Shown here piece after piece: positions 14,309 through 28,644 of a stretch of DNA of 64,000 nucleotides. The notes below the pieces were generated by a model. The model saw only the letters and a program-made list of their open reading frames with translations. It was not told the origin of the DNA and did no database searches. The first letter of the stretch is position 1, and the number at the start of each line of letters is the position of its first letter. The DNA is from Octopus vulgaris (Eukaryota), in assembly GCA_951406725.2 (NCBI GenBank), contig OX597820.1, forward strand, positions 113,460,001 to 113,524,000, written 5' to 3'. A program made the position numbers and the translations under genes.

Positions 14309-15781
14309 TATGATGGTCGCTCCCGTCGGTCTCGACGTATGAGTGTTTGAAGAAGAGGGCTTAAAGAGAGCAATAGAACGAAAGGAAGAAAAAGCTGAGA
14401 CGCTGCATCTGTTCGCGATGGATGCGTGAATGTAATTTCAATCTAGGTATGGATTTTGCTACAAAATCGCAATGGGGACATTAATGATTTTGGTTTTGCC
14501 TGGGATTGGACAAGTATGTCTGTTGATTACGGAATATAGTACTATTATTCTTTTTCTTCAACTCAAATTTTATATACAGAAAAGAATGACTTTTCTGCAG
14601 GTTCTTCCTTTCTTCATTAATAACCAAATTTTTACAAATTGTAACTAATTTGTGTGTGTGATATCAGAATTTTAAAACAAAACACTGTTTCGAGGGATTT
14701 AAGCCATTTCTTACAGGTTTTATTTCATAACAGATTCCCTTTAATATAGGTTTGGTTATTGTCTATCCTTACCATAGGTAAACTTTCCCACCAAACCCGC
14801 ATACAAATAAGTATGAGCTGTTTAAAAAGTGCTTTAAGCAGGAAACTTTAGAGCTTAGAACAGAGGGGATTTTTTAAAAACTTTTGATCACAAAATATAG
14901 CTACGATTTGTAAAATTGACTTCGGCAAAGAGTCGAAACGAAAACCGCAAAGCATCTAGTCCGACATTCAAATAGGTTCGCTAATCCACATCCCTGGACT
15001 GGTACATTTTTATCGACTCTAAAAAAGATAAAATGCAAAATTGACGCCGATGGGATCGGAACTCGGAGACTTGAAACAAATAGTGCGAGTCTTTTAGTCC
15101 GATAATCTAGCAACTCTGCCCATTTGTCACCTTTATGTGTGAGCCAGACACATAACCTTTAACAGCTCCTGTTTACTGTGAAGACTTCAGTCATGATCGC
15201 TGTTATAGTAAATGTATTCGTTCACAAATTCAAAGGCAATTAGATAATGCCAACCGCCCTACGATATTTACATATGTAAGTTTGGTCTAATTTAATATAC
15301 ATTTTGTTGCACTATTCCATTAAAACCTCAAACTTTGCCATGTTGCTGCCTTTGCTGTTGTTGCTTGTCTTCATTTTATTGTTAGCATAGTTGTCGTTGT
15401 GGTTGGCGCTGTTGCAAAAGACATTTATTTCCCGAGTTAATGAAAATCTAGTCAGACACAGTGTTCGATTCAGCGAAGCAGCCGAGATATTATCTATAGG
15501 GACCAACAGTTGTGTTAAGTGTGCAACATCTCTTACATCGTGATCTACGCCTTACAACAACAGTGCACTCTACCGGTGATATCATTGCATAGCCGCAGGG
15601 CAGCACTGCTGGGGCAGACTTGTGATCAAATTTATATCGCAGTATTCGTAGTAAAACTAAGAGTTCCAGAATGATTTCCTTGTTGTTTTATCATTATTTA
15701 TCAACATATTAAAATTGTTCCTAATTGTCCTTCTTACAATTTAAAGCTAACATTTTACCCCAGTGTTACTTTATTATTATT

Positions 15782-16060
15782 CTTGAGTGAAAGAGCAGTG
15801 CATGCCATCAAAGTGACATTGGGGTAAAATATACGAAGCCCAGTATACCCTCCATAACTACCCGTCTGATAAGGGTACACTAGGCACATGCATCCCAACC
15901 ATATGTGCACGACATGGTGATCTCATATCATGATAAACAGCACATGACCTTGCAGGTGGGGCCAAGCTAGAATATTTTTCTGATCGAGTAACCCATCCCG
16001 CTCAAAAGGTCCCTGAATAAGGGTTGTTTAAGGATGTTGAACGAAACACATGTTTCCAAG
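15782..16060 (-). mobile_element. Repeat family D, probably a non-LTR element 3' end with (AAT)n tail
   Basis: Inverted homolog of 30340-30612; ends ctc..tcactcaag(aat)n. Confidence 0.75.
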
Positions 16061-16417
16061 TAATATCTATCTCTCGCCATCACGGAACAGTACATACATA
16101 CGCACACACACACACACACACATACATACATACACGCACACAATATAATATACATATATGCTAATTGCTTTCCGAGGTTATTACACATTTTGGGTCCGTT
16201 AACACATGGTGTAGATTTTTCGTCTATTTTCCAATTTATCGTATGTGGATAATGTGAAAAATAGCCAAAAAAACATAGAGAGGAGTTTAAGGGTATAAAA
16301 AAAAGAGCTTAAAGAACTAAGAGTTGACAGAAAACGTAGAAGTTGACAGAAAACCGTTCATTTAAATCTGTGGGTGACATGATACCAAATGGGAATATGA
16401 AACGCTTCCTCTGTTAC

Positions 16418-16660
16418 GTGTGGCTCTCAACCATTTTTATTTGTTTATGGTTTCTATTTTACTCGGCTGAACCCCCATAGCCTTTTGATGTTTAAAAATC
16501 CTATTATATTTGTTATAATTAGATATTATTAAGAATTGTATAAAAGAATTGTTAAAATATTTTGCGTATTGTCGAAGTATAATCAATTTATTGCAGATAA
16601 AATTTAACAGAATCGTATACGGACCCCCAAGGGTCGTGTGAAGTCCGGTTGAGAACCACT
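16418..16660. mobile_element. hAT/Charlie-like MITE
   Basis: TIR cagtggttctcaacc; related copy in the opposite orientation at 44008-44261. Confidence 0.65.
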
Positions 16661-17138
16661 GGCTTATACACAAGTTTGTATAGATTGTAAATGAACCAAA
16701 TAGAATATCAGAAAATGGATATAGTAAATCTACGTGTGAGAGCGAGGGAGAAAGAGGGAGGGAGAGGCAGAAAGAGAGAAGAGAAAATCCTGCGTAGAGA
16801 AACTCGAGACAGGTGAGGATTTTAAGAGACAGTCATAAATGATATAACGTGAGGAGGTGACGCAGAAGTAATTATATATATAAAAAAAAACAAATAGTAA
16901 GTTGGGAAAATGTTAAATATAGCTTAATAGAATAAAAGTCATTAGGATTATCAGGATTACAGGAATTACAGACCACCCGATTTACACTGTAATAAAGAAT
17001 CAGTGTTGTTGATGTCACGAAGCTGGTGGTCATTCAATACAGCCGTCACAGTTTGTCAATATTTCTAATAACGTAATTCGTTCGGATTGTTTATACCCAT
17101 AAACACGAGCACCTACAAAGACATCACATATATATATA

Positions 17139-18356
17139 CAGACACGACAGAAGTAAATATACACCCATAAAACATCGTTTTATATTTTTTCCTAACTTGT
17201 AATGGTTTATATTTTAAATAATTGATATTTCTATATTTCAGGTCCAATGTGTGAAAGTTTAATCATGCCATATACAAAAGAAGCCTTAGAAATGTCTGAA
17301 TTTCAAAGAGCCCGTATTATGGGTCATTCTGAAGGTGGACACAGTCAGCATAAAATCGCAGAAAACCTTGAAACCCCGTTTTCTACAGTTAATAGAGTGA
17401 TTATGCAATTCACCAGAGAGGGGAAGGAGTCCACATCACCTCGCCCTGATCAACCAGGACACTCTGACAGGACCCTTCTCTTTGCTAAGAGAAGTGTAGA
17501 GGATAATCCTCGTTGCAAAGCCTCTGACATAGCAGAGCAAGTCGATGTCAGTCCCAGAACAGTTGTCAGATATCTCCACAAACTTGGTTACTATGGTTGA
17601 GCAGTTAGAAGGAAGACATTTCTTCGATCGGTCAACATCAAGCGGAGAAAATATTTGGCCAGTGAGATGGTGGAGAGGCCACTAGCATTTTGGGACACTG
17701 TCATGTTCTCTAATGCGTCCAGGTTTGATGTATTTCCTGACAGTAGTCGAGTGTGGGTCTGGAGACTCTGTGATCAGGAATTTGATGTGAAAAGATTACA
17801 ACCAACAATGAAACACGGCAGCTATTCTGTGATGGTCTGGGGGAGCAATTTGGAGAATGATTGATCGAACTGGTGAAGTGTGAGAGAAACATAAACTCAG
17901 ATAAATATGTGTCTATATTGCAGAAAGGACTTTCAATCTTCTCTGGTGGTGAAATGATTAAAGAAGACTTTATTTATTGAAGATTGGGGCTCCTTGTCAC
18001 ACGGCTAAAATGACCCAATATTTGTTGGATGAGAATGACATTAAAAAGCTTCCGTGGCCAAGTCAGTCACCGGGTATGAACCCTATTGAACACCTTTGAG
18101 GCATAATGAACAGGACACTTCGTAAAAAGAACATGAAAGCGTCTTCAAAGCCAGATATTTTGAGATTACTGCATGAAACTTGGCAAGAAATTCCGCAAGA
18201 GAATATTCGTCATCTGATCAGGAACATGCTTAATAGGGCATGTCTACTAAATATTAAATATTTACATTATAACAAAAAATAATTTGAATGTATAATTTCA
18301 GATTTAAATAAATTTTAATGATTATAAGGGTGTCTATTTATTCTTTCATGTTTGTG
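17139..18356 (+). mobile_element. Full-length decayed Tc1-like transposon
   Basis: HTH region [17 protein letters not shown]; VMFS.ASRF; KHGSYSVMVWG; [14 protein letters not shown]; imperfect ~30 bp TIRs; TA flanks. Confidence 0.92.
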
Positions 18357-18483
18357 TATATATATATTAGATAATAAAACGAATGGTTTTCTCCTGGTAA
18401 CTTACTGGTAAAGCACTTTCAAAGTATTCGTTATGTATATGGTAAATGAAAGACAGAAGATGGAATATACGAAAAATTTTATT

Positions 18484-18590
18484 ATTAAGACAATTGTTTT
18501 GACACATCTAGTATCTATCCCTTACGGATGGGACACTTAACAACTGGTTCAGGAGCAGCCGGCGGTCCAGGTGTGTCTCATCGGGTGATA
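18484..18590 (-). ncRNA. Degenerate hammerhead motif with long stem II
   Basis: CCGATGA-gacaca...tgtgtc-AAAA-caattg-TC. Confidence 0.55.
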
Positions 18591-18723
18591 GACAGATGCA
18601 ACTTGTTAAAATAACAGATCTGCTATGTATCTCCTCATTTCGTAGAAAGAAAAGCAGCAAAATGAAGGAAACATTTTCACTTATATAGAAGATCAAAAAT
18701 AAAATTACAAATGCCAAAAAGAT

Positions 18724-18771
18724 GTCTCCGATGAAGGGATATAATAAATATCCTGGAAACAGCGGTAAGAC
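18724..18771 (+). ncRNA. Hammerhead motif (cagctg family, mutated)
   Basis: gtct-CCGATGA-agggatat/atatcctg-GAAA-cagcgg-TA-agac. Confidence 0.7.
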
Positions 18772-19012
18772 CTTCTATTTATAAACGTTCTAAGATCTTC
18801 ACAGCCTTGGGGTTTTTTTATCTCATTCTGAAAAATATTTCTTTTATATATACACACGCTGATATATGACCTACGTTGGACTCCTTATTTGCATAATCAC
18901 TCAACCTGGAGCTTAACTATAGTCTGTCCGTAGCACTTACTCAGCATTACCTGACACCTTTCGGTCTTACTGACACCATTACCTCTTATAACATCCATAT
19001 ATATACTACAAA

Positions 19013-19404
19013 CTCTTTACTCCTTACTCTTTTACTTGTTCCAGTCATTTGACTGTGGCCATGCTGGAGCACCGCCTTTAGTCGAGCAAATCGACCCCAG
19101 GACTTATTCTTTGTAAGCCTAGTATTTATTCTAACGGTCTCTTTTGCCTAACCGCTAAGTTACGGGGACGCAGACACACCAGCATCTGTTGTCAAGCGAT
19201 GTTGGGGGGGAAAACACACACACATATATATACATATACATATATACGACAGGCTTCTTTTAGTTTCCGTCTACCAATCCACTCACAAGGCTTTGGTCGG
19301 CCCGAGGCTATAGTAGAAGACACTTGCCCAAGGTGCCGCGCAGTGGGACTGAACCCGGAACCATGTGGTCGGTAAGCAAGCTACTTACCACACAGCCACT
19401 CCAT
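19013..19404 (-). mobile_element. tRNA-derived SINE (family A)
   Basis: Head gagtggctgtgtggtaag...ggttcagtccc. Confidence 0.9.
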
Positions 19405-19406
19405 TC

Positions 19407-19469
<63 letters not shown>

Positions 19470-19474
19470 CACAT

Positions 19475-19549
<75 letters not shown>

Positions 19550-20014
19550 TGAAACCTTAACCTTCACCGTAACCCGAGGTATCTTCTGTTTTTGTCTACT
19601 AGTTGTAACGATAATATCGATCAATCTAAGTTTTTCATGTCAGTTTATTAAATATCGGACTTCGCTTTATATCGGTAATCCGCGAATCAAGGATCAATAT
19701 AATCAATAATTTACGAACAGGGCCAAACTAAATGTTGCGAACTATTTTTCTGCTGATCTCCCTTCACTTCTCGTTCATCTACCCACCTTTCTAACTTATT
19801 TCTTACATTCATTAACCATATCAGTACAACATGTTTTACGACATCTAACAGTTTAGCACAACCGAACAATTTAAACAAAGAGCTTGTCAAAGTACCTACA
19901 TACGAAGCAAACTTGTAAGTTCACCTGGTGTTTAGTAACCTTGCCCACCACTCCGGACACAACACCTCAGTCACAACATCACAGACGCAACAGCGGAGTC
20001 ACAACACCATTCAC

Positions 20015-20183
20015 AAGAAGAAGAAGAAGAAGAAGAAGAAGAAGAAGAAGAAGAAGAAGAAGAAGAAGAAGAAGAAGAAGGAGGAGGAGGAGGAGGAGGA
20101 GGAGGAGGAGGGGGAGAAGAAGAAGAAGAAGAAGAAGAAGAAGAAGAAGAAGAAGAAGAAGAAGAAGAAGAAGAAGAAGAAGA
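20015..20183. repeat. (GAA)n(GGA)n(GAA)n microsatellite
   Basis: Direct reading. Confidence 0.98.
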
Positions 20184-20819
20184 ACCTTTGATTCAATAGT
20201 ACTGCATAAAAACTCTATATTTGGAATGGCCAATTTTAAATACTATTGGTCAGCTACAATACCACAGCACAACCCAGTCACAACCTCACCACAGCTACAA
20301 TATCAAAGTCACAATATCAAAGTCAACGTCTCAGTTCCAAGACCATTGTCACAACACAACAATCACAGCACTTCAGTCACAACACCACAGTCACAACACC
20401 ACAGTCAGAACAAAACACAATACCAAAGTTACTATAGCACATCCCCAAGTTTACAAAGCCTCCACGTTATTTTCACCGCTTCTTGCTTCCATCAACCGAT
20501 GCTGCTCTAATTAAACAACTTCATGACAACCCATTCCTTCATCCCCCAAATTAGCGCAACCCCAAAACATTGCAACCGCTATTCCATTACACGCAGTTTT
20601 AACAATCCAATCAACTTCTCATAATATGGCATCCCTCCAATAACATTCCATTGTATGACTACTGTAACGAACTTGCAATGTAGCCTCAACACGGTCACTG
20701 GACATGCCAGAAATAGCAGCAAGATCTCCATCATATTACAATCCTCCACAAAAGACGAGAGGGAATATATATGGATAAGCCAATGTTTGATAGACTATAC
20801 CAGAAAAAATGTAGATACG

Positions 20820-21106
20820 CACAAGCGTAGCTATGTGATAAAAAGCTTGCTTCCCAACCACATGGTTCCGAGTTCAGTCCCACTCCGTGGCACCTTGAGC
20901 AAGTGTATTCTAATAAACCCACGGGTCAACCAAAGCCATGCAGGAGCACCGCCTTTAGTCGAGCAAATCGACCCCAGGACTTATTCTTTGTAAGCCTAGT
21001 ACTTATTCTATCGGTCCCTTTTGCCGGACCGCCAAGTTACGGGGACGTAAACACACCATCATCGGTTGTCAAGCGATGTTGGGAGGACAAACACAGACAC
21101 ACAAAC

Positions 21107-21143
<37 letters not shown>

Positions 21144-21303
21144 CATATATACAACGGGATTCTTTCAGTTTCCGTCTGCCAAATCCACTCACAGGGCTTT
21201 GGTCGGCCCGAGGCTATAGTAGAAGACACTTGCCCAAGGTGCCACGCAGTGGGACTGAACCCGGAACCATGTGGTTCGTAAGCAAGCTACTTACTACACA
21301 GCC
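20820..21303. mobile_element. Family A SINE: + head fragment (20820-20935) joined to a - copy (20936-21303)
   Basis: Homology to the other family A copies. Confidence 0.85.
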
Positions 21304-21814
21304 CCTCCCCCGAAGTTGCTTGTCTTGCGTCAAAGTTTGAAACCATTAACCACAACAAACAACCTAATGCACAGATTCATACCACAACTGCCAACTCACA
21401 ACACAAACTTACACCACAACCCCTAAACCCTAATCTAAGCCCTTTACACCACATCCCCTAACTCGTAACACAGCCTTACACCACAATCCCTAACTCACAA
21501 CACAAGCTTACATTATAACATTACCACCCGACCCACAACTCAGGCAGCTTCTCGCTTCGTATCTTCTCGCTGGTAATGATTTATGTGGCGACTGCCAAAT
21601 TACCAATATAAAAAGTAAATAAATGCTCGCTTTAACTGGGTATCTACTTGAATCTCCAAGAACCCATTATAACAAGAATTCAACTGTACATTGACAAATA
21701 CTTTAAGAGCGCGAAAATTAGCTGACAGCAATTGTTTTCTGTTTGGCTTAACATTTTTCTTCTCATACTCTCCGTTTCTTTCTCTGGTTCTCTCTTTTTG
21801 CCCGCTTTTTCTCC

Positions 21815-21954
<140 letters not shown>

Positions 21955-23468
21955 TCCTCTATCATTGGAATATCCACGCGAGCGCACAAACACACGCACC
22001 TTTTAATTCGTGTTTTTTTTTATATTCGTATATAGTCATTGTTTGAAAGAATATTGAGGTCGTTGCTACTGCTGCTGCTGCTGTCTTTCATTTTGTCCTT
22101 TTTTCTCTTTTTTATTGATGTTGTAATTGTAACTGTTATAACTGGTGTGGATGTTGGTGTAATTATCCCTGATTTCCATCAGATCAAAACCAGTGAAATG
22201 ATGCAGTAAATCTACCCTAAGTTTATAATTCCAATTACTTCAATTCACATACATATTCAGAAATGTGTACACACACACATGCAGAGACAGAAGGGGCGCC
22301 AGCACACACGCATTCACAATGAAACACGAAAAACATCGATATACACATATTAGCAAATATATTTGAGTTCGTTCCCAATCAAAGTAGCTACCAGTATTCA
22401 TTACACAATTGATATCACTTGATAAAAATTCGTATCAATATCACCAACTCGAAGAACTTTCTTTTCACAGAGCTATCTTGCTATCATTGTTCTCAATGTG
22501 GGGAATTTCTCACCGTAATTCAAGTTTTCTTTCAGCGAACGGCTCCACCTCACAATACCAAACCAATTCTCCACATTATTTCTGGTATATTCTGAAATAA
22601 TGTCTAATTGTTACGTTAAATTAATGATAAAATATAATCTAACAAATTTTTTTAAATGATATCACATACTTTGCTAAATTCCCCGATGAATGTTGTCAGG
22701 CATGGAAATACTTCAAGAGAGATAATCAACTTTTGATTATTACAAACAGTGTCTGGAAGGTGGTTCGGGTTATTTTGTTGGTGTTTAGTTTGCTTGCTGT
22801 TGGTAATAATTTTTTTTCATATGCCTATGTTCAAGGGTTTTTCAATCATATAAATTCTGTTTCGATTTCTTTACACTCTCAAAAATGTGATCAATATCGA
22901 AGCCATAAAATGTCGTCTGGTTTCTCTTCACTTTTAAAGGAGTAACGTTAATAACATAAATCATAAATCGTAAATGGCAGAATCAAACTGCTTAGAAAAC
23001 TATCAGCTACATTTACTTTCACAAGATTACTGATAAATATTTCATCAAATTTAGAAAAAGACACTAATCGGCTTCAGTTATAATGGCAATGATTCACTTC
23101 TCGCTAGCTAGAGATTTATTTAATGTATCGAGTTGGCAAACAATAACTTTATAAAAGAGTGTATTGAGGTCAGTTTTGAACAGAAATTTCCGCCACTAAA
23201 ATTGTCATTTAAATTTTTAATGACATTTAGAAGCCCTTCTTAGTGAGATTAATACCAGATAAAACGACAGACGGATATGAGCCACACAAATATGTAAGCA
23301 TTGATATATTTACATGAACAAACACAATAATAACAATGTATATATACATGTATGTATATAAGCACACTAGCACATGTATGCATACACACATATAGTAAGA
23401 TATAAATTGAAAGAGATATATAAATAGACATGCAGGCAGATGGATACTATTTTCGGCGATTAAACACA

Positions 23469-23508
<40 letters not shown>

Positions 23509-23534
23509 CATAATGTAAGAATTGTAAAATATAT

Positions 23535-23820
23535 TTATTTCCCACAGGAGGCTAAACACAGAGAGGTCAAACAAGGACAGACAAAGGGATTAAGTCAATT
23601 ACATCGACCCCAGTACGTAACTGGTACTTATTTAATCGACCCCGAAAGGATGAAAGGCAAAGTCGACCTCGGCGAAATTTGAACTCAGAACGTAGTGGCA
23701 GACGAAATACCTATTTCTTTACTACCCACAAGGGGCTAAACATAGAGGGGACGAAGAAGGACAGACAAAGGGATTAAGTCGATTATATCGACCCCAGTGC
23801 GTAAGTGGTACTTAATTTAT
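23535..23820 (-). mobile_element. Family B SINE, tandem ~190 bp units; continues at 26791-26968
   Basis: cgaccccgaaaggatgaaaggcaaagtcgacctcggc and aggggctaaacacagag units repeated. Confidence 0.88.
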
Positions 23821-26790
23821 TGACTCCGCATCCGACCCCGAGAGGCACGGCAGCCCGGTAAGAAAGTTCTCGAGGGCTCTCCCACCACCAGGACCGCCGT
23901 CACCCCCGAACAGCTGGGCGAAGTACTCCCGAAAGACCTCACACATTTTCTCGGGTTCATTTACCAAGACACCATTTTGATTCGTCAAAGACCGGATAGA
24001 GGAACTATTTCCTTGCCGAGCTTCCACCACTCGGGCCCATCCAGCGGCTTTGATTCCTTCACTTCCCATTGCAGATAACTTAGCTCAGGCAATACTTCCC
24101 ATGTGTTGGGTTTCAAGATGCTGGTTTAACTCCAGTCTTTTCACCCTCGCTTGGTCTGCATTATCAGTCCTCCAGGCTTCTTCTAGTTCCTTAACTAGAC
24201 CATCTCCTATTCTACGTCCCTTCTTAGCTAAATTTATGCTAAACCTAATAGACTCATATTTGATGGCTCTTTTTAGGGCGTACCACCATTTGTTATTAAT
24301 GATGGTACCTGTTAATGCCCTCTGTATTAACATATTGATCCGCTTTCTGTACTCCTCAATCGCCAAAAGGGACGTTTTGAGTTTCCAGTAGCCAGATCCC
24401 TGTCTATGCAACTTATCTACCGTCAGTTTACAGGTAACCATCTTGTGGTCACTGTAGCTGACTAGAAAAAACTGTGGACACTCAACTATGGACTTATCTG
24501 TTTCTCTAATTAAAATCCTATCTAGATATGTTCTCGTAGACCCGTCACTATTTGACCACGTCCACTGTGGAGTGTTCGGGTGCTCCAACCTGTATGGATC
24601 TGCTAGCTGAAATTGACTTAGCAGATCACGAAAGCCTGGGTTACATTTTCTGTTCATGTTCGAGCTCGAGCCAACACAATCTGTGTGTGCTGCACATATT
24701 GTGTTAAAGTCTCCTAACAGTACTAATGAATGCGACGTGGCTAGGAACTTTCCCAGGTCACGAAAATATTCAGTTTGCGGGCCAATAATGTTTCGTGCGT
24801 AAGTAGCGACCAGTCTGATTGTCTTGCGACAACTGAATGTCAGGTCAAGAACGACCAACCTGCCTTCTGGGTCAGAAAAAAACAACTTTTTCTCGGCTAC
24901 TCGGTTTCTTTTTAGTAGGACCAACACCCCACCCCTACCGCCCGCCCGACTCGGAGAAACGTATTTCTCGTAGACGTTCAGGGGGGGGAGCAGATCTCTT
25001 GGCCCCTCACCCGGGTTTCCGTTGCAACAATTACATCCAAATTTCTCGACCTGATGTCATTTAGGAAGCGTCCTTGCTTCCAGCTTGACATCAGACCACA
25101 AACATTTATACAACCAATGTGAATAGACATGACTTACCTGTTTAATCAGGATTGTCCGGTGGAGGGGGGCCCTCCACCTTTTTTTAATCCAGAGTCGGAG
25201 GTGGACGGTCTTGGGAAATAGATTTGTCAAAATCCCGTCTCACCACCGACACAGAATTATCAGGTGGAGGGGGAGTCTCCACCTTTTCCTTTTCTCGCGG
25301 GATCGGGGCTGGTAATCCATGAAATATAGACTTGTTAAAATCTAATCTCATTGAAGATACTGCCTTTCGGTATTTATTTTGTAAAATTCTATGAGTCTTA
25401 TTTGAGACTTCATATATGTCGTAATTGATAAATTCCTCTGAAAGGTTATCTATTTTTTTAACAGTCTTAATCAGTTGAATGTCTCTCATGAGCTCAGTAT
25501 CTTTAGTGTATACGGCTATTATGCCTGCTTCTTCTTTTTCTCTTCTGACAATCTTTTTTGGTCGTTGTTCTGTAGTAGTCGCCGCTCTCGGTTGATTTGC
25601 TGGTTGTATTTCCCTTTTGTTTGTTGTTTTCTTCTCATCTTTTTCTTCTTCCTCTTTTTTCTTTTTTCTCCTCTTCCTCCTTTTCCTTCTCTTCCTCACT
25701 TTCCTTGCAGTTCCTTCGAATGTGGCCTAATTGACCACATAAAAAACATCGAGGTTTTCGGCCCTCAACAAACACCACGAGGTTCTCCTCCCCTACCTCA
25801 ATTGTCTCGGGAATTGCTTGAATTATTTTAGGGTCCGCTTGAATGAGGAGATTAATTGTTTGACCATCCCAGTGTGCGTTTTCGGTAGCGGTAGCCTGGA
25901 GGAGAGTAATTTTCTCTTCTTCTTTGAATCTGACTGCCGCCAACAACCACATAGGGTCCACTTCCGGTGGGACCCTTCTAATTTTAATCTGGACGTTCTC
26001 CACGTCGTTCGTTTTCAGCGTTTCTATTGAGTGCTTTTGTGCGATTTTGCGATTTCTTTGTTGCCTCTTCTCAGATAAACCACATCGCACCATATTGGCT
26101 TCAAGCACTTTTCTATCTTCTCTTCTGTCATTCTTTCAATTTTTCATTTTTGTAAACAATAAGTTTTGAAAATTATTGTTTTTTGTTTTTCTTCTTGTAG
26201 TAACTTTTCCGGGGGTTGAATTTTAACAACGTTGTCATTTATTTTCATCATTTGGCTGTATTTCATAAAGTCACTCTTATTCGTCGAAAGTAGCCGGGTT
26301 CCACCCCCAGCTGCCAACGCAAAACTTTTTTTTCCATTTATTGGTTCTGTCTGGATGCTAGGTACATCAATCATTCTTTTGGACACAATGGCCTTGTTCT
26401 CTGGCAAATTCGGAAACTCTTTTGGTGAAAGTTCTGACGAGCTTTTAGACACATCTCCAAAAAAAATCAAATAAATTATCCATTCTGCTATTCCTTCTTG
26501 TAACGGGGGAAACCATTATTTCTCTGTTTGTAGTTGGCTCCTCGCCGGACAACATGTAATTCCTCCTCTCAACCGGAGAAACAAACATTTCTGCTCCAAT
26601 GGTAGGCTCCTTGCTAGACGACATTCTTCACCCCCAAAGGGGGAATGAACAACGCGTGCTACTACAAGCACTAAGTGTTTTCAAATGGAAACTCCAACAG
26701 TTAAGTAATTCAACAATTTAACAAGAAACAACAGTTATTAACAATATTAACACGAAGAAACAGCAATTTTCACCACGAACACATGTACGA
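23821..26790 (-). mobile_element. Tx1/L1-like LINE, 5' half (5'UTR, ORF1, ORF2 endonuclease), 3'-truncated
   Basis: ORF1 pieces 26470-25184 with PRCFLCGQLGHIRRNCKE; ORF2 starts at ATG 25130 (MSIHIGCINVCGL..ATET), then LLGDFN, YTW-like WTWSN, LDRIL, SDHK. Confidence 0.93.
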
Positions 26791-27123
26791 CAGACGAAAT
26801 ACGTATTTCTTTACTACCCACAAGGGGCTAAACACAGAGAGGACAAACAAGGACAGACAAACGGATTAAATCGATTATGTCTACCCCAGTGCGTAACTGG
26901 TACTTATTTAATCGACGCCGAAAGGATGAAAGGCAAAGTCGACCTCGGCGGAATTTGAACTCAGAACGGAATTTGAAAGAGAGAGAGAGAAAAGAAAGAA
27001 AAAGAAAGAGAACGAGAAAGAGAGAGAGGGAGAAAGAGGAAGAAGGAAAGAGAGGAAGAAAGAGAGAGAGGTAATATTACTGGCATACAGTAATATTTTA
27101 GAGAAAAGAAAAGACTTTGTGTA

Positions 27124-27167
<44 letters not shown>

Positions 27168-27204
27168 ACAGACAGAGACTGACAGGCAGAGACAGGCAAA
27201 GATA

Positions 27205-27245
<41 letters not shown>

Positions 27246-27611
27246 TACTGGCAGGCAAGCAAACAGATAGAAACTGAGACAGTGAATGTATAACACAAAC
27301 AAAGAAAGAGGAAAGAGAAAGAGAGAGTGAGACAGAAGTAGTGTCTGTGACCTCGTATTTATATTAGAAAGGCTGTTGTTGCTTAGCCCCAGGAGGGCAG
27401 TGATCAAGCAGAACCTTTCAGCAAGCAGAGTTTACCTTGGACAATGCTATTTCATGTGTTCCTATTTCTAAGATGAACCAATATGAATTGAGGGAGGACA
27501 TTTGACTGCTATTTCTAACAGATCACGCCACCACGGACGTTTCCTGTATTGGTTCGGAGATGTTGCTGTTGCTGGTTGTTGTTGCTGTTACTGTTGAGCG
27601 AAGAGGTCTTC

Positions 27612-27953
27612 GTCTCAGAGTGGGAGAAGTCCGAAACGTGGTCCTTTGCTATTCGTAAGACCTGCAGAAGAGAAAGCAGGTCAACCCCCAACACCGAGAG
27701 CATCGACGGATGGATGAATCCGCATCCAGGCTCAGCGGTTGCGTAGGAAGTCGGGGACAAGAAACAGGAAGAAAGAGTGAGAGAAAGTTGGAGCGAAAGA
27801 GTACATCAGGGGTCGCCACCACCCCCTGCCGGAGCCTCGTAGAGCTTTAGGTGTTTTCGCTCAATAAACACACACAACGCCCGGTCTGGGAATCGAAACC
27901 GCGATCCTCCGACCGCGAGTCCGCTGCCCTAACCACTGGGCCATTGCGCCTCC
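27612..27953 (-). mobile_element. tRNA-derived SINE
   Basis: Head ggaggcgcaatggcccagtggttagggcagcggactcgcggtcgg..ggtttcgattcc. Confidence 0.85.
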
Positions 27954-28311
27954 ATTGCTGTTGCTGGTTGTTGTTGTCGTTATTGCTGCTGCTGCTTTTC
28001 TTCTATCTCTTGTTGCTTCTGGTCAGGACTGATTAAGCAGACCTATGATCAAGGGCGTTTCCAGCTGTGCGTGTGATTTGAGGAAGATTTGGCTGTTGTT
28101 GCTAGCAAGTTGAATGACAGCATTAAGGAGAGCGGGGGGCGTGTCTGCGAGGTGAGTGACAGAGAGTAGGAGGGAAAGAAAGGGAGGGAAGGGGCAGAAA
28201 CTGAAAAAAGTTGAAGATTTAGCTGCTATTTCTAGAAAGCTGAGCGACTACATACAGGCTTCCCTGTTGTCTTGTGAGAATAAAAAGAGAAAGTGCAGAG
28301 GTTAAAGTGAG

Positions 28312-28644
<333 letters not shown>

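Noticed and set aside
19950-21540. Spaced cacaacaccacagt-like units resembling an array
   Set aside because: Irregular degenerate minisatellite with no constant repeat-spacer period; not CRISPR
22683-22715. CCGATGA-atg..cat-gGAAA
   Set aside because: No palindrome or stem I
27860-27953. Functional tRNA gene
   Set aside because: tRNA-like head continues into a SINE body and lacks a proper acceptor stem
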